Below, in pieces: positions 19,901-29,471 of a stretch of 57,610 nt of DNA. The stretch covers positions 1-57,610 of IMG/VR virus record IMGVR_UViG_3300036832_001282, one strand, 5' to 3'. The notes below the pieces were generated by a model that was given only the letters and a program-made list of their open reading frames with translations, did no database searches and was not told where the DNA came from. Position 1 is the stretch's first letter. Every line of letters starts with the position of its first letter. Origin of the DNA: a virus. Taxonomy: Duplodnaviria > Caudoviricetes. The position numbers and the translations under genes were made by a program.

Positions 19901-20989
19901 CAGCATTGGATGCTTCTCGGCCTGCTCAGTAGCAAATTCCTCCAACTTAGTAACAATTGGAGCAAACTTAGACATAAACTTTGAGGTTGCATCACTGATT
20001 GTGCTTGTTAACTTGGACCACGCTTCCGCGTTTTCCTCAAGCTGCTTTCCAACCTCATCAAATTCCGCGTTTAGCTCCTTCTGTTTTTCCGGACTAACTG
20101 CCTCAAATCCCTCACCACCTTTCTGCTCAGACTTGCGCATAAGTCGACGCGCCGCGTCTTCATCAAGCCCATAAACAGTTTGCGCGTACTTCTTAACATC
20201 CTGCGTCCCGTGAAATGCAAAATCTTTATCGCCCTGCCCCTGGTAGTATCGACGCGAAGCCTCCTCAACCTCCCGCATGCGACGCCCAGCAAGATTAAGC
20301 GCCTGTGGCCCCTGACCCTCTCTCATCAATCTATTGAATTCTTGCGCATCCTTTAGAGCTTGTCCGATCTGCCCATACTTAATACCGCCTTCACGAAGAA
20401 TGCCCTCTCCACCAATCCGGGTGATCCTCCCGGCTTGATCAATCATGCTACCCAAAGCACTTCTTGCTCGATCGCTGCTAAGCCCAATCTGAGTCAACGA
20501 ATCAATAAGATATTTATATTGCCCAGGAATCTGAGCCACATTTTCGGCGCTGGTTCTCAGCGTACTAAACTTCTCACCAACCTCCGCAACACTTTTGGCC
20601 ACTTCATACAAGGCCGTAGGCAACAAGGCGACAGCTGTTGCCAACCCACCAATGCCACCGCCAGCCAACTTTGCCATCTCGCCGAATTCGCGCAGCGGCA
20701 AACCGGTCAACTGCGAACCAAAACGCCCAAGGTCTTTAATTGCTGAATTGACGCCTTCATGGATAAGTTTACTATGTTCTCGTAACTCCTTAGACTGCTT
20801 TGTAACTTCACCAAGATTTTTTCCTAGTTTTTCGATCTCCTTGTTGGTCTGCCCAGCAATCTGCTGACCAATCTCCTTGATCTGAGAGTCCTTTCCGAAC
20901 TCCGCAATAGCAGCCTTGATACGCGCAAGCTCAGGCGTCGCCTCGTCAACGAGACGTACAGTCAGCGTTAGTTCTTGTTCAGACGCCAT
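17000..20989 (-). CDS. Tape measure protein with cell-wall hydrolase domains and Gly-rich linkers
   Basis: Follows the tail chaperone; helical N-terminus; SleB/Hydrolase_2-like AEVGGQG...ESVMNR; CHAP/TIGR02594-like WCAAFVN...HVGF...LGGNQG. Confidence 0.85.
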   Translation of the reverse strand: MASEQELTLTVRLVDEATPELARIKAAIAEFGKDSQIKEIGQQIAGQTNKEIEKLGKNLGEVTKQSKELREHSKLIHEGVNSAIKDLGRFGSQLTGLPLREFGEMAKLAGGGIGGLATAVALLPTALYEVAKSVAEVGEKFSTLRTSAENVAQIPGQYKYLIDSLTQIGLSSDRARSALGSMIDQAGRITRIGGEGILREGGIKYGQIGQALKDAQEFNRLMREGQGPQALNLAGRRMREVEEASRRYYQGQGDKDFAFHGTQDVKKYAQTVYGLDEDAARRLMRKSEQKGGEGFEAVSPEKQKELNAEFDEVGKQLEENAEAWSKLTSTISDATSKFMSKFAPIVTKLEEFATEQAEKHPMLVDPAIGLAAGAGIWGGVKILKRIFGRRAAATDAGAAGDAGAGAAAEAEAAAKVAGKAPEIPKSNVESWFEKYGTGGEPPPKGPWSDIAKEAPKVPSVGSGWLSKIGQIGGQLLPWLAPTLGIATTPDVYSVEGLAAKIKGRSPGEHPAPNRSLLDLLNPWQNIKNLGNDVGAMGAMKGSEWGSWAYGKLAPTLPLAAKAGLFGDFMGMASWAEAGTPLKHDLRRQAREGKSANELEIGEGWGDPFGIFSWLRSKAGGGKKSLEEQLGEGLPPAVGGATRPQFFGSGDMSDWPLSQQVDQRGGGNDEWQKYIEANTAELKRLNDFLQQSDIGLGGVGGAGFLRLGPGGSLAARMGGLGGFGGGGWGGPGTGPGTGPGTGPGTGPGADTGPGAGPGTGPGADTGPGTGPGAGPGAGPGAGPGAGPGNAPADAVQHGSLANVRSRFGKELQNPEVARLLQASAEAEVGGQGPKAKQAYIESVMNRAAARGKTLEATLRDPKYYPSSTKNKLGQKFSAESMAQFSKQYTTPVLGGSNVSSLATGNESGRVHSGGARVSFDPKTGERFVQENPDVGWVKKQQAAMSSDAGAGPGAGPGAGPGAGPGAGGGGGTIAEGQPAPGSPGLEGTGRAIGTVQALALAKQHLGEDEIRDNSKLSSFFAKQGIHIDPAQTKWCAAFVNAELKEAGVKGTGSLAAASFYKWGTGVKGAIKPGDVGVLPHHVGFLTGRTRTVNGREQVEMLGGNQGGTASGKGGVSLSWRDRTSLAVRRGEGSGDPGAMPNIAAATGGGGGGGGGGGGGGGGGGGGGGLGGGLGGGLGGGLGGMPGGFGNIMSMIGGGGGGLGGIIGSLLGGGGGGFGGIIGSLLGGGGGGGGLGGLLGGLLGGGDQGAGAGEQLGALDNFNRSALNMTHNVRGTGKLSVDVNAPPHTSVAASGDGLFKTVEMTRQTQATPTQRGPRIPAGNAFGGGLAG
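17270..17555 (-). repeat. Poly-Gly and GGGL/GGIIGSLLG coding repeats
   Basis: CCR triplet runs on the plus strand within the tape measure C-terminus. Confidence 0.85.
18092..18806 (-). repeat. 12-bp GPGA/GPGT coding tandem repeats (two blocks, ~18092-18150 and ~18631-18806)
   Basis: Repeated CAGGGCCAGYGC units on the plus strand; they explain the spurious ALALAL/ARASAR ORFs in other frames. Confidence 0.9.
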
Positions 20990-20994
20990 GACTG

Positions 20995-21195
20995 TTAATC
21001 GCGATCCGTATCTTCCGACTCATTCCGCTGTAATTCAGCCAGCCGAATTGAATAACGCATATGCGTTTTCACCTCGTTCAACGGCATGTCGAGGAACACC
21101 AGAGGCGAGCAGTGGTAGTAATGAGCTAGACGATAGCAATCGAGCGCAAAATCGTCGTCTTGACCTACCAAGACGTTGGATCGGGGAGAAAAAAA
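20995..21195 (-). CDS. Tail assembly chaperone C-terminal extension made by -1 frameshift
   Basis: The -1 frame reads FFSPRSNVLVGQDDDFALDCYRLAHYYHCSPLVFLDMPL from a T7 slippery run at 21189-21195. Confidence 0.7.
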   Translation of the reverse strand, partial: FFSPRSNVLVGQDDDFALDCYRLAHYYHCSPLVFLDMPLNEVKTHMRYSIRLAELQRNESEDTDRD

Positions 21196-21602
21196 CGCCG
21201 CAACCTGTATGAGCATGAATTCCAATCAACAGGATGCATGTCATTGAGCAATGGCAACAGCACGCCGCTCAACTGCGCCATCATTTTCGTCATCTTGGCT
21301 TCATCGACGACGATCTCTCCCGTTCCATCGATACGCACCGGATTGCCGCACATGACAATGTCACGGCCAGTAGGTTCGCGAAAGGTAAGTTCCGTCAGCC
21401 GTTCGCGCTTATTACCAAAGATCGACTTGCGCAACAGTTTGACCGTGATCGGCCAGGAGTCGTTTGGCTCCTGCGCCTCGACCGGCGCGCCGGTCATGTC
21501 GACCAGCGCGTTATCCTGTGGCGGCTCTGGCTGCTTTGGTTGCTTTGGTTGCTGCTCTTCCGATTCAGCAACAAAACCCTCGCGTAACGCTGGCTTAGTC
21601 AT
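21165..21602 (-). CDS. Tail assembly chaperone (FluMu gp41-like)
   Basis: ELTFREPTGRDI...MAQLSG...MHPVDW; lies between tube and tape measure; GAGGA RBS. Confidence 0.85.
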   Translation of the reverse strand: MTKPALREGFVAESEEQQPKQPKQPEPPQDNALVDMTGAPVEAQEPNDSWPITVKLLRKSIFGNKRERLTELTFREPTGRDIVMCGNPVRIDGTGEIVVDEAKMTKMMAQLSGVLLPLLNDMHPVDWNSCSYRLRRFFLPDPTSW

Positions 21603-21619
21603 CTAAACGTCCTCTTGTT

Positions 21620-22027
21620 TTACCGTGTGCTAACCACAGCCGGAATGTAGACCGACGCAGGCGTGCTCTGCCATGCCGTCACCGCCATGCCCTCCCAGCG
21701 AACGCGAGTTTGACCATCACGAGTATTTTGTTCAAGACCCGCTTTGCAGATCGCATCGGTCATCTGCCATGTCCAGCCATTGGCAAGTTCAGCGACCACC
21801 GTGATGTCGAACTGCAGATCAAGCGTCTGAATGTCAAAGTTTGACACCGTCGACAAATCTGCTTCGATGTACGGCACGCGCGGTAACTCCTGATAACCGT
21901 GAATGCCGTCTTGCCCCGCCAGCATGGTTCGTTCGAGCATGCTGTGCGAGATCGTAAAGTTGCCACGCAACGCGACTTGCACGCCGTCCACGTTGAGATG
22001 CGCAACACCTGCAATTTTCTGTGCCAT
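21620..22027 (-). CDS. Tail tube protein (Mu gpM-like)
   Basis: KIAGVAHLNVDG...GQDGIHGYQELPRVPYIE...VVAELANG; directly after the sheath gene. Confidence 0.9.
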   Translation of the reverse strand: MAQKIAGVAHLNVDGVQVALRGNFTISHSMLERTMLAGQDGIHGYQELPRVPYIEADLSTVSNFDIQTLDLQFDITVVAELANGWTWQMTDAICKAGLEQNTRDGQTRVRWEGMAVTAWQSTPASVYIPAVVSTR

Positions 22028-22092
22028 TGTAGCTTACTCCTCCTATTCACACGACATCGCGCACGGCAACGTCGATCGGATTATGTTTTCGA

Positions 22093-23658
22093 TCAAGCCG
22101 GAAGAACGCCAGTCACGCCGAACGTATTGCCTGTGGCCGCATCAATCTGAGCATTGTACTGCAGCCGGAACTGAGCAAGGACTGCAAACACTCTCAGTTG
22201 ATTGATGAGATCAGGCGGATAGAGCACGTTGATCCGGTTAACGTCCTGCGTGTCCCTTTCAACAATAAGGTTCTGGACGAATTGACCGGCGTTTTCGACA
22301 AGGCCGTTGAACTGATCAATCAGATATTCCGAGATCAATTCCCCTTTGATGACGGACGGAGTGACGATCGCTTGGCCAGGACCGTAACGCGTACCGTCAT
22401 TGGCGAGCTTCATGCGCGGGAACTTAGTGGTGATCGCTGACTTCTGGTTACGAATCAACCGCGCCAGCGTCGCCAACGTGGTGACCAATTCATAAGCCGT
22501 ATCAGGGTTGCCATAGAGGTTCAGCTGATAGGTCGTAGTCTCACGCGAAATCATCGGCTGATTGTCAGAACCGGGTTTTTGAGTCGCAAGACCGTTGCTG
22601 GCAAGCCCTTGCAGTTCGTTCGCATCAAAACGAGTATGCAGCGGAGCCAGCTTGATCTGATTGAGAGTCAGAGTCTGCAACGGACGCGCCGGATCGTTAA
22701 GCAGTGCCCGCTGTGCCTTCGCCGTGTAGGCTGCGGCCCACTCATAAACCGGCGACGGGCTCGCCACCTCGACCGCCATTACCGACGACACGCCGGAATT
22801 GCGCGTGTTACCCCATGTGATCAGATTGGGATAGGTGTCGCGCTTGGCCGAGAACAGATGGCCGTACAACTGACGCATCCAACCCCAACGCCCGGAATCC
22901 TCGAATCCGTATTCCTGCTCCCACGCCATCAGCGAAGTCGAGTCAGTATACGGGATCGCCACGTACTCGAAGATTTGCTCACCGAGTGCAGAAATGGCAG
23001 CATCGAAGATCGGCGCGCCAGTACCGCCCGCCAACTTCCCGCCAGTCGGCAAGGTCATGACCAGACCGGGAGGATTGATTTCACCGCCAACACCACCGAA
23101 GTAATTCGTCTGCACGGTGATATCGTTACCGTTCAAACCCATCCACCGACAGGTAAGCGTGACCGTACCAGTAGCAGCAGCAGCATCAACTGGGAGGTCT
23201 TCTTGAGCAGTGACGGCATCAGCAATTGCAGTCGCGATGTCATCGGCTGTGTCACTTGGCACGACATTAACCGGAATGTGCTCACCACCGATGTAAAGAT
23301 GAATCGTACCAGCATCAGTTGGCGGCGTCGTGACCACGATAGTGCCAGTAGCCGCCACACCAGCAGTCACCGTCACGGGTAAGCCGAAGACTTGATTCCC
23401 TACGTTATTTTTGAAGTAGCTTTTGAACATTCTGGCCAATTCAGAACCTTGGCCAAATGCTGCATCAGCCTGCGCCTGTGATCCGATCGCCAGCGGAATA
23501 TCCGGCGTAGCACTGCCGCCTCCAACGCCACTGATCATCACGCCAGTGAGCAGCGCCGGAAATCCAAGGACTGGAAGCCCGGCTTGTGAAGGATCAACCT
23601 CGACATAGTAAAGCGGGATTTTTATGTCACTAGGAATGTTCGAGAACGAAATGGGCAT
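22093..23658 (-). CDS. Tail sheath protein (Mu gpL-like)
   Basis: ISFSNIPSDIKIPLYYVEVD, FGQGSELARM, DPARPLQTL, PPDLINQLRVFAVLAQFRLQ. Confidence 0.95.
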   Translation of the reverse strand: MPISFSNIPSDIKIPLYYVEVDPSQAGLPVLGFPALLTGVMISGVGGGSATPDIPLAIGSQAQADAAFGQGSELARMFKSYFKNNVGNQVFGLPVTVTAGVAATGTIVVTTPPTDAGTIHLYIGGEHIPVNVVPSDTADDIATAIADAVTAQEDLPVDAAAATGTVTLTCRWMGLNGNDITVQTNYFGGVGGEINPPGLVMTLPTGGKLAGGTGAPIFDAAISALGEQIFEYVAIPYTDSTSLMAWEQEYGFEDSGRWGWMRQLYGHLFSAKRDTYPNLITWGNTRNSGVSSVMAVEVASPSPVYEWAAAYTAKAQRALLNDPARPLQTLTLNQIKLAPLHTRFDANELQGLASNGLATQKPGSDNQPMISRETTTYQLNLYGNPDTAYELVTTLATLARLIRNQKSAITTKFPRMKLANDGTRYGPGQAIVTPSVIKGELISEYLIDQFNGLVENAGQFVQNLIVERDTQDVNRINVLYPPDLINQLRVFAVLAQFRLQYNAQIDAATGNTFGVTGVLPA

Positions 23659-23684
23659 GCCACATCTCCTTTTACTTAGAGTTA

Positions 23685-24023
23685 TTAAGAACGCGCAGGC
23701 TCAGCCGCTGGTGTCGACTGATGCCGATGCTGCTGATGCTGAGATTCTTTCTGTTGGTGATTCTCAGCAATCGTAATCGATCCATCGGCAAGACGCCGAT
23801 GCGTAAACCGATCGAGCGGCCATTCGACCGATCCGGACGAACGAAACGCTATCGCGTGCGGATGACGCAACACCGAACGCAATTCATCGCTGGCGGGAAC
23901 CACACGAACTCTTGGCGGCGTCATATTCTTAGCGATAGCGCGTAGACGCGCTTGCTTTGCAGCAATGCGTGTCGAACGTGGATCAGGACGCGGAGCCGCG
24001 TCCATGCCCGTACGAGTGGCCAT
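23685..24023 (-). CDS. Small tail-associated protein (DUF2635/Mu gp38-like)
   Basis: Upstream of the sheath gene; HP...VEWP...FTHRRLADGSI motif; GGGAG RBS. Confidence 0.6.
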   Translation of the reverse strand: MATRTGMDAAPRPDPRSTRIAAKQARLRAIAKNMTPPRVRVVPASDELRSVLRHPHAIAFRSSGSVEWPLDRFTHRRLADGSITIAENHQQKESQHQQHRHQSTPAAEPARS

Positions 24024-24079
24024 GATCTAGTCTCCCTGGTTTGTAAAAAGCGGTGAACCGCTTTAGAAAACGAGTTCGA

Positions 24080-24460
24080 TCACTTCACTTTCCAAGTGAT
24101 CTTCTCGCCTAGAAGTGCGTCCATGCGGTCGCACAATCGAAGCCAAAGCTCTTCACGCAGGATCGGGCGATGCGATGTGAGATGATGTGGCACTGCAAAA
24201 CGTCTGGGAACATGACGCGTATACGTGTACGAATGTACTGGCCTTTGCTTTTTTGAAAGTCGCGAGCGCGGCCAGACCGAAGTTGTCATGACACCGTCTG
24301 TCGGTTCTTCCGTGTTCGGGTAATGCCGATGCATATCCTCGATCTGCCACACTTCAAGCTCGTGCTTCATGTCGGTCGTACTGAAAGTCGTCACGGCAGC
24401 AATCGTTCGATCGATGCACGCTTGAAACTCCGAAGTGTCGATCGTTACTTCAATCGCCAT
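24080..24460 (-). CDS. Neck/tail completion protein (putative)
   Basis: 126 aa, coupled to neighbours in the head-tail joining block. Confidence 0.5.
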   Translation of the reverse strand: MAIEVTIDTSEFQACIDRTIAAVTTFSTTDMKHELEVWQIEDMHRHYPNTEEPTDGVMTTSVWPRSRLSKKQRPVHSYTYTRHVPRRFAVPHHLTSHRPILREELWLRLCDRMDALLGEKITWKVK

Positions 24461-25068
24461 CAGGACGCTGTTAAATCGTACTGAATTGTAAATGGATCGT
24501 TCGCGCCAGGATCGAATGGCCAGGGATAAGCGACGGTGACATGCACCGTATCGAGCGTATCCGTGATGACAGGTGGGAAGCCGGTACGGAACATGATGGT
24601 CAGATCCATTTGCAGTTCAGCAAACGGCGTTTCATTGTTCTGCCCAGAATTACCAAATGCATGCCTGCGACTGCCACGCGTTACGGATTCAATCTCAACC
24701 GCAGGAAACGGCGACGGCATCGGGAACGTGTGCCACATTGGATTGGTCAGCAGATTCATGAGCGTCCAGTGCGCCGCGTCGAGACTATCCTCTGCCAACT
24801 CAGTATCATTGTTCAACAACCTAACCGAAAAGCCAAGTTTCATGGAATTGATAAACCGGGGCTCACCAGCATTAGCATCACCATCCGGCGACAACGTTTC
24901 TTCCATAAAATAACAACCCAGATACGGAAGATGTTCTGGCTGAATGACAGGAGCACGTGAAGTACCAAAACGCTTGATGGTCGAAAACGTGGGCACAGCT
25001 TTGATACGCTCAAGCAGCCCACGACAGATGATATAACTGTACGAATACAGATCGGGCGTCAAAGTCAT
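24460..25068 (-). CDS. Tail terminator/completion protein (putative)
   Basis: Position before the sheath gene; LPYLGCY..EE pattern typical of tail terminators. Confidence 0.6.
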   Translation of the reverse strand: MTLTPDLYSYSYIICRGLLERIKAVPTFSTIKRFGTSRAPVIQPEHLPYLGCYFMEETLSPDGDANAGEPRFINSMKLGFSVRLLNNDTELAEDSLDAAHWTLMNLLTNPMWHTFPMPSPFPAVEIESVTRGSRRHAFGNSGQNNETPFAELQMDLTIMFRTGFPPVITDTLDTVHVTVAYPWPFDPGANDPFTIQYDLTAS

Positions 25069-25424
25069 GATGCTGTAACAGCCCGCTTGAGTATCAGCGT
25101 CACTTCACCACCTGCATTCCCAGCCCAGTGAACGTTGTCAATTTCAAACGAGCCACCCGCAACACCGCTATCGAACGGAATATCGACCAGATCGCCCTGC
25201 AACGGCTGCACCGTAAAATCGGATTGCAGAATGTAAAGTTCAGTACGCGTATCCTGATAGATCGAACCGTCAAGCCCAACCACTTCAACCTCGTTGGTGT
25301 CGAAGATACCGCGCGATGCGTAAGCTGACTGCCCAGGCTGACTATTTACCGGAGTAAACGTCACCGGCCGCGCAAACACCTCATAGCACGGCGTATACAC
25401 CAGTAGTGCGAAGTTGATAGCCAT
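25065..25424 (-). CDS. Head closure protein (lambda gpFII-like)
   Basis: FARPVTFTP...RGIFD...PLQGDLV...GGEVTLIL. Confidence 0.7.
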   Translation of the reverse strand: MAINFALLVYTPCYEVFARPVTFTPVNSQPGQSAYASRGIFDTNEVEVVGLDGSIYQDTRTELYILQSDFTVQPLQGDLVDIPFDSGVAGGSFEIDNVHWAGNAGGEVTLILKRAVTAS

Positions 25425-25428
25425 CTAG

Positions 25429-26094
25429 CTAAACCGGAAACCTCATGTAGTGAGTCAAAATGCTCTCGACCGCCGTCAACGTCGGTGATTTGGCACCAAC
25501 TGAACGTAACAATAATTCATTCGGATCAAAAAACGACACCCGCGCGCCTTTATGACTGATCTGTCGAACACCAGCCGCCTGCGCCTGCACCATGCGAATA
25601 CGTTCTTCGCGAATTAGTAGCACAGCCGCACGTTTCAACGGCAACGGAGTCTCAGTTGGCACATTATAACCACCCCAATAATGCACCGTGACCGGATGAT
25701 TCCAACTTGCTGATACAGCGCCACCAAGCTGAATATTAGAAAGCTTGCCTGCAGCTTCTCCAAGTTCATAACCACCAACCGGCAACACATCAAGCCCACT
25801 GCCAACTGAAATACTGATAATATCCGCAGCCTTGACCGGCCAATGCGTCAGATACAACCGGCCATTCATCGTTTCACGCCACGTCTCACTCACTTCCTCG
25901 TAACCAAACGTAACAGTCGGATGTCGATTAGCTCGCTCAGCAATTTCTTCAGAAAACGTTGTGATCATCGATTGTATGATTGCGTCTTGCGACGTATCAG
26001 TTAAACTGATACCAAGCCAAAGCTTAGCTTCGTCCAACGTCAACAAATCGGTTGACGTAGCTGGCGTCAGAATATTAACCGTAATATCAGCCAT
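25429..26094 (-). CDS. Head-tail adaptor (gp6/phiE125 gp8-like)
   Basis: LLTLDEAKLWLGI...D..IQSMI, LTHWPV, VTVHYWGGY...PLPLKRA. Confidence 0.8.
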   Translation of the reverse strand: MADITVNILTPATSTDLLTLDEAKLWLGISLTDTSQDAIIQSMITTFSEEIAERANRHPTVTFGYEEVSETWRETMNGRLYLTHWPVKAADIISISVGSGLDVLPVGGYELGEAAGKLSNIQLGGAVSASWNHPVTVHYWGGYNVPTETPLPLKRAAVLLIREERIRMVQAQAAGVRQISHKGARVSFFDPNELLLRSVGAKSPTLTAVESILTHYMRFPV

Positions 26095-26097
26095 GGC

Positions 26098-27579
26098 TCA
26101 GCCAGTTTCAGTTTGAAATTGTTCAAACAACCCACGCAATTCCAGCGTCGGTCCACGCGATCCATCACTTAGCAACGGCACTGCCACGAAATTCTGCCGA
26201 TCAATCGACCAGCCTTTCAACACAATTGCCTTACCCGGTTCACCTTGTGGACCCTGTAAGCCGCGCTCACCCTTCTCACCGGCAATGCCGCGCTGGCCTT
26301 GCCGTGCGATCATTTGCCAATCAGGGCCGGGACAAGAACCAGGGTTATCACAACGCGAAATAAAACTCGCACCATTACAAACCGTGATGTCGAGTTGCTG
26401 ATACTTCACTTCGGCATCATAAGTACCGCGCACCTGCGGCGTGCGCGCATCTTGACCACCAGCCGCAATACAAATCCAATCCGCACTTGTACCCGGTTGC
26501 AGACCAGTATCTACACTTGCCTGAAATGTACTACGCTCGTGACACACAACATCACCTGCATAGAACACGGTATCAGACTTCCATATCTTCACAACTGATA
26601 ATTTGCCAGGAAGCCCATCGGCACCACGCTCACCTTGCTCCCCGCGCGGACCAACAACCGATTCACCGCGCTCACCTTTCGGTCCGATCGCACCTTCACG
26701 CCCAGGCACACCCTCCAGACCTTGCTTACCCTGCTCACCTCGTTCACCGCGCTCCCCGCGCTCTCCGGACAGACCGCGCTCACCGCACGGTCCCATCGGA
26801 CCGATAGCGAAATCACCGGGATCACCCTTGCGGCCTTGCTCGCCTCGAACACCGGGCGCACCGTCACGCCCCGGCACGCCGTCACGACCAGCCGCACCAG
26901 CGAGTCCAACTTCGCCGCGCTCGCCCGGATCACCCTTTGGCCCTGGCTCACCGCGCGCACCATCGCGCCCAGGCAAACCACGTTCACCCATCGGACCCGC
27001 CGCTCCTTGTGGACCCGTTGTGCCCACAGGCCCCCTCGGCCCTTCAGGACCAATGATGCTCAGCCCCGGCGCTCCCTGCGGCCCCGAATCGCCTTTAATG
27101 GCCTCTCCCTTTGGCCCTGGCGGCCCCTGGAGCCCGGTTTCGCCCTTGACCCCATATCCCTGCGCCCCCTGCGGTCCAGCCTCTCCACGAAGCCCCTGCG
27201 CACCCTGCGGACCCATCGGTCCTGGCAGTCCCGACGCACCGCGCTCGCCTACCGGACCCATGACGCTCATACCGTCGCGTCCTGGCGCACCATCCGCACC
27301 ATCGTGAACCTGCCCCAGCCGCTCCTGCGCCAAAGTCATAAAATCCAGTAGTTTCTGACTCAGAATTGCCTCGAACGCCCGTTCGCGCTCGGCCTGCCGC
27401 ACCTCGAACGCCCGCTCACGCTCGGCGTCACGCACCCGCAACTCCGACACCAACTGCATCGCTTGTGACTGCATCAGCGCCTTTTCGCGCTGCCACGAAA
27501 CGCGTTCTTGCACCAGCGTCTCGGCAAGAGCTTCCCGCCATGCGTCAAGTAAAAGGTCGCTGGATTCGGGAAGCGGCAT
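26098..27579 (-). CDS. Collagen-like protein downstream of portal
   Basis: Long Gly-X-Y tract, coiled-coil N-terminus and W/Y-containing small modules. Start moved from 27858 to the ATG at 27579 to avoid a long portal overlap. Confidence 0.75.
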   Translation of the reverse strand: MPLPESSDLLLDAWREALAETLVQERVSWQREKALMQSQAMQLVSELRVRDAERERAFEVRQAERERAFEAILSQKLLDFMTLAQERLGQVHDGADGAPGRDGMSVMGPVGERGASGLPGPMGPQGAQGLRGEAGPQGAQGYGVKGETGLQGPPGPKGEAIKGDSGPQGAPGLSIIGPEGPRGPVGTTGPQGAAGPMGERGLPGRDGARGEPGPKGDPGERGEVGLAGAAGRDGVPGRDGAPGVRGEQGRKGDPGDFAIGPMGPCGERGLSGERGERGERGEQGKQGLEGVPGREGAIGPKGERGESVVGPRGEQGERGADGLPGKLSVVKIWKSDTVFYAGDVVCHERSTFQASVDTGLQPGTSADWICIAAGGQDARTPQVRGTYDAEVKYQQLDITVCNGASFISRCDNPGSCPGPDWQMIARQGQRGIAGEKGERGLQGPQGEPGKAIVLKGWSIDRQNFVAVPLLSDGSRGPTLELRGLFEQFQTETG

Positions 27580-29008
27580 TGAGAAGTCGTTGTGTCTCTC
27601 TTCTAATGTCATCGCTGGAAGCCTTTGGCGGCGGTGGCTTTGGTTTAGTTGCATTGATCGGTGCAGCCGATGGCTGACCGGAAGCAGGCGGCGCTGGCGG
27701 CGGATGTGGCCCGCTGGCCGCACCCGCAGCACCGGGAGGAGTGATACCTGCAGCTGCTTCCAGCGGGACCACCTGTTGCTGCACGCGCGGTGAATCGCCG
27801 TAAGGAACGCTGTCGAGACTTTCCAGATTGCGTGCTTCGTTGGGTGAATAAATGCCACCCATGACGCCTTCTTTCAGTGCCTCAATGCGATCCTTCATCG
27901 CCGAACGCAGCAACGCGGCTGTCGAAAGCTCGGTGTACTCGTCAGGCTCACCCTTCAATTGAAACAAGCGATCAAACGCCTGCTCGATGTGATTGAGCGT
28001 AAAACCCAGACCCGTCGAAACCCAGAACTGCATCAGCGCTTCGGTCGACCCGAATGCCGTCCCGCCCAGACCAAGAAGCGCCAACGGAATACGAAACACC
28101 AATGCGATGTTCTGATTAGAGTACTTCAGTATCTCGGCCAACTGAGAATCACGACCGCCTGCTGACCACGGCACCACTTTCAAGCCATGCGTCAGAACTG
28201 GCGTCTTGCCTTGTGAAAGTCCTTTCGAACGTTCATCCCAGCGATCCTGCAACGCCTGCACCTGATCAATATCAAGATCAAGATCAGTCGAGATCACCGC
28301 CGCCGGTCGCGCTTGGTTCAAGTAAAAATTGATCTGTTGCGACGTGATCGCCCCTGTCGTCGTCAAGTCGTTGACCGCCGCCAACAATGGCGACTGACCC
28401 CACAACGGAAACGGATAACGTCGATCGGCATGCATCCGGATATGCAAGACATCGCGCTGCGGTACCAAGATCGGATACTCATCCACCAAATATTGCTGCA
28501 CCACCATGTTGCCGCCGAGGCGATAAAACACATCACCAGTCGGCGCGACCATTGGCTTGCATAGATTCGAATCCATCAAATGTAATTCGGTGACTTCGTA
28601 TCGGTCATTGCGCAACGCCAGCGCATAGGCGTTACCGTCGAGATACAATTGCCGTGTCGCATTGAGCATGAAATCGCTGCTGGTCTGATAAGAATTCGGC
28701 GTGCGCAGAATGCGCGACAATGCCGAATTCTTCACCCGGTCACGACCACCTTTGTTATTTGCCCGCCAATGATCTCCGGTACACATCGCAACAGTTTGCG
28801 AATAAGCCGACACGCAAGCTTCGACCATGGCCGACGCTGACCCAAGTCCACTCGGGTCCATTCCAAGTTGCCACCAATTCGACGGCGCACCATCCGGCAA
28901 CCAGCCGCCTGTAATCGGTAATTGGTACGGTCCAGGGCGAACTTCTCCTTCCACTGCGCGTGTGATGCTGCGCAATCCGCGAGCAAGCAATTGCCGCGCC
29001 GAGATCAT
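27545..29008 (-). CDS. Portal protein, HK97 family
   Basis: [59 protein letters not shown]. Confidence 0.95.
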   Translation of the reverse strand: MISARQLLARGLRSITRAVEGEVRPGPYQLPITGGWLPDGAPSNWWQLGMDPSGLGSASAMVEACVSAYSQTVAMCTGDHWRANNKGGRDRVKNSALSRILRTPNSYQTSSDFMLNATRQLYLDGNAYALALRNDRYEVTELHLMDSNLCKPMVAPTGDVFYRLGGNMVVQQYLVDEYPILVPQRDVLHIRMHADRRYPFPLWGQSPLLAAVNDLTTTGAITSQQINFYLNQARPAAVISTDLDLDIDQVQALQDRWDERSKGLSQGKTPVLTHGLKVVPWSAGGRDSQLAEILKYSNQNIALVFRIPLALLGLGGTAFGSTEALMQFWVSTGLGFTLNHIEQAFDRLFQLKGEPDEYTELSTAALLRSAMKDRIEALKEGVMGGIYSPNEARNLESLDSVPYGDSPRVQQQVVPLEAAAGITPPGAAGAASGPHPPPAPPASGQPSAAPINATKPKPPPPKASSDDIRRETQRLLNAASRIQRPFT

Positions 29009-29096
29009 GTTTAACTAAACCTTTTGAAAAGAGCGCCGGGCGCTTACAGTCGCCCCCACAGTTTGAAGCACGTCAATTCGTGCTGGCGCACTCAAC

Positions 29097-29411
29097 TCAA
29101 GACGACGACGGCGGCTTTGGTGCCGGACGCGGCTGTGCCGCAGTCGTGTGCCGGGTCTGATAATGCCCTGACCGGCCGCTTTCCATATGCTTGGTCATGG
29201 GCTCAGCCTGTCCATGCGGATCAGGATCACCGCCATCTGGTTCGTGCTCGGTGAAATGCTTGCCAAGCGCGGCTTCATCATTTTCTTCCTGCGTCGGAGT
29301 CGGTTTGCCTTTGGTGCGCTCGGCAAACTCCTCCAGTGATTTGGCCTTGGCCTCGCGGCCAGCTTCCAAACGGCGCTTGTTGTCTTCACTCAGTTCATGC
29401 TGTTCAGCCAT
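29097..29411 (-). CDS. Hypothetical protein between capsid and portal
   Basis: AAGGAGG RBS before ATG at 29411; GKPTPTQEEND motif. Confidence 0.7.
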   Translation of the reverse strand: MAEQHELSEDNKRRLEAGREAKAKSLEEFAERTKGKPTPTQEENDEAALGKHFTEHEPDGGDPDPHGQAEPMTKHMESGRSGHYQTRHTTAAQPRPAPKPPSSS

Positions 29412-29436
29412 GTCGGCCTCCTTACCAAAGATCAAA

Positions 29437-29460
29437 GCGCAGGTGAGAATTCACCCGCGC
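29437..29460 (-). terminator. Hairpin after capsid gene (weak terminator or stabiliser)
   Basis: GCGCGGGTGA-ATTC-TCACCTGCGC followed by TTT on the minus strand. Confidence 0.45.
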
Positions 29461-29471
29461 CATTATTCAAG

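Noticed and set aside
24045-24064. Hairpin AAAGCGG-TGAA-CCGCTTT as terminator
   Set aside because: Only four G-C pairs; too weak to call.
27580-27858. Extended N-terminus of the collagen ORF
   Set aside because: It overlaps the portal C-terminus by ~300 nt and looks like off-frame sequence; a downstream ATG is more plausible.
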